NCBI GenBank assembly: GCA_038087875.1
Contig: JAXLNO010000263.1
Location: 124,001-171,594, forward strand
Source: Malacoraja senta
Lineage: Eukaryota
DNA length: 47,594 nt
Reading direction: 5' to 3'
Shown: piece after piece, positions 47,080 through 47,594 of the stretch
How the letters are laid out: every line of letters starts with the position of its first letter
How positions within the stretch are numbered: the stretch's first letter is position 1
Translations under genes and position numbers: made by a program
The notes under the pieces: generated by a model
What the model was told of the DNA's origin: nothing
Seen by the model: only the letters and a program-made list of their open reading frames with translations
Databases searched by the model: none

Positions 47080-47219
47080 TTCTTCTTCTTGCGTATGGCG
47101 TGCACAGCCTAAAGTTGTAGGACAACTCGATCTATTTGGCCTTATTTGATTGTGCACGCCGGGTTGATTGCATTCGTCGACACAGGGCGGACCACGTGAA
47201 GGTTGCAATCTTCCACCCC
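47080..47219 (-). mobile_element. 140-bp non-autonomous retroposon: 5' HDV-like ribozyme, 3' stem-loop, (GAA)n tail
   Basis: Perfect 12-bp TSD atatcccttatc at 47068-47079 and 47220-47231. No pol III A/B boxes seen. Confidence 0.88.
47166..47219 (-). ncRNA. Minimal HDV-like self-cleaving ribozyme (54 nt)
   Basis: GGGGUGG-AA-GAUUGCA-ACC-UUCACGU-GGU-CCGCCCU-GU-GUCGA-CGAA-UGCAAUC gives P1 7 bp with a G1-U wobble, P2 7 bp, P3 3 bp, L3 and J4/2 CGAA. Confidence 0.85.
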
Positions 47220-47594
47220 ATATCCCTTATCGATGCATGGATATGAACATATTGATAGATCCAGTCCCGAAGAACAACTTAACCATACTCATGTCATGTT
47301 TATCGGCCTGTAGTTCCCTAACATGTCCTTGCTGCCCTTCTTAAAACAATGGTGCATTAGCCATGCTCCCAGGTTCTACCCACTAGCATCACTGGATGCT
47401 CCAGAAGAACATCCTCTCTGGGCACAGTAGTCACGTCCCCTCCTCTCTCACCTGCATCTCTATCACACTGGTAGCATCTATACTCTGGAACATTGAGCTG
47501 CTAGTTCTGCCATTCTCTCAGCCAAGTTTCTGTTATGGCTAATATACTTAAAGCACACGGTATTGAGGGTTCAGTATTGATGTGGATAGAGAAC

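Overview
Repeat-dense vertebrate genomic DNA, most likely from a cartilaginous fish (skate/ray). That assignment is inferred from HE1-type V-SINEs, abundant CR1 and Rex/Babar LINEs, Penelope remnants and DIRS elements. One host gene is visible: a minus-strand short pentraxin (CRP/SAP-like, 226 aa). Its signal-peptide exon (18820-18883) splices across a ~9.95 kb TE-filled intron to the pentraxin-domain exon (8254-8870). The rest is nested mobile DNA: two copies of a decayed class I ERV carrying the same CR1 insert (1-3156 +, 31474-45263 -), two full-span DIRS1-type tyrosine-recombinase retrotransposons (10114-14832, 23521-28088), a full-length L1 inside the ERV (37072-43163), a Penelope fragment and a local X-Y-X-Y-X tandem duplication. 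Most notable: (1) a 140-bp TSD-flanked SINE-like element whose 5' end is a minimal HDV-like ribozyme fold; (2) a long-range pairing between the L1 5'UTR and inter-ORF spacer, with G-U wobbles only on the sense strand; (3) a provirus with TA instead of TG at its U3 edge, flanked by a 303-bp duplication rather than a short TSD; (4) a DIRS filled site next to its empty paralogous site. All alignments and counts were done by eye, and no database searches were run.
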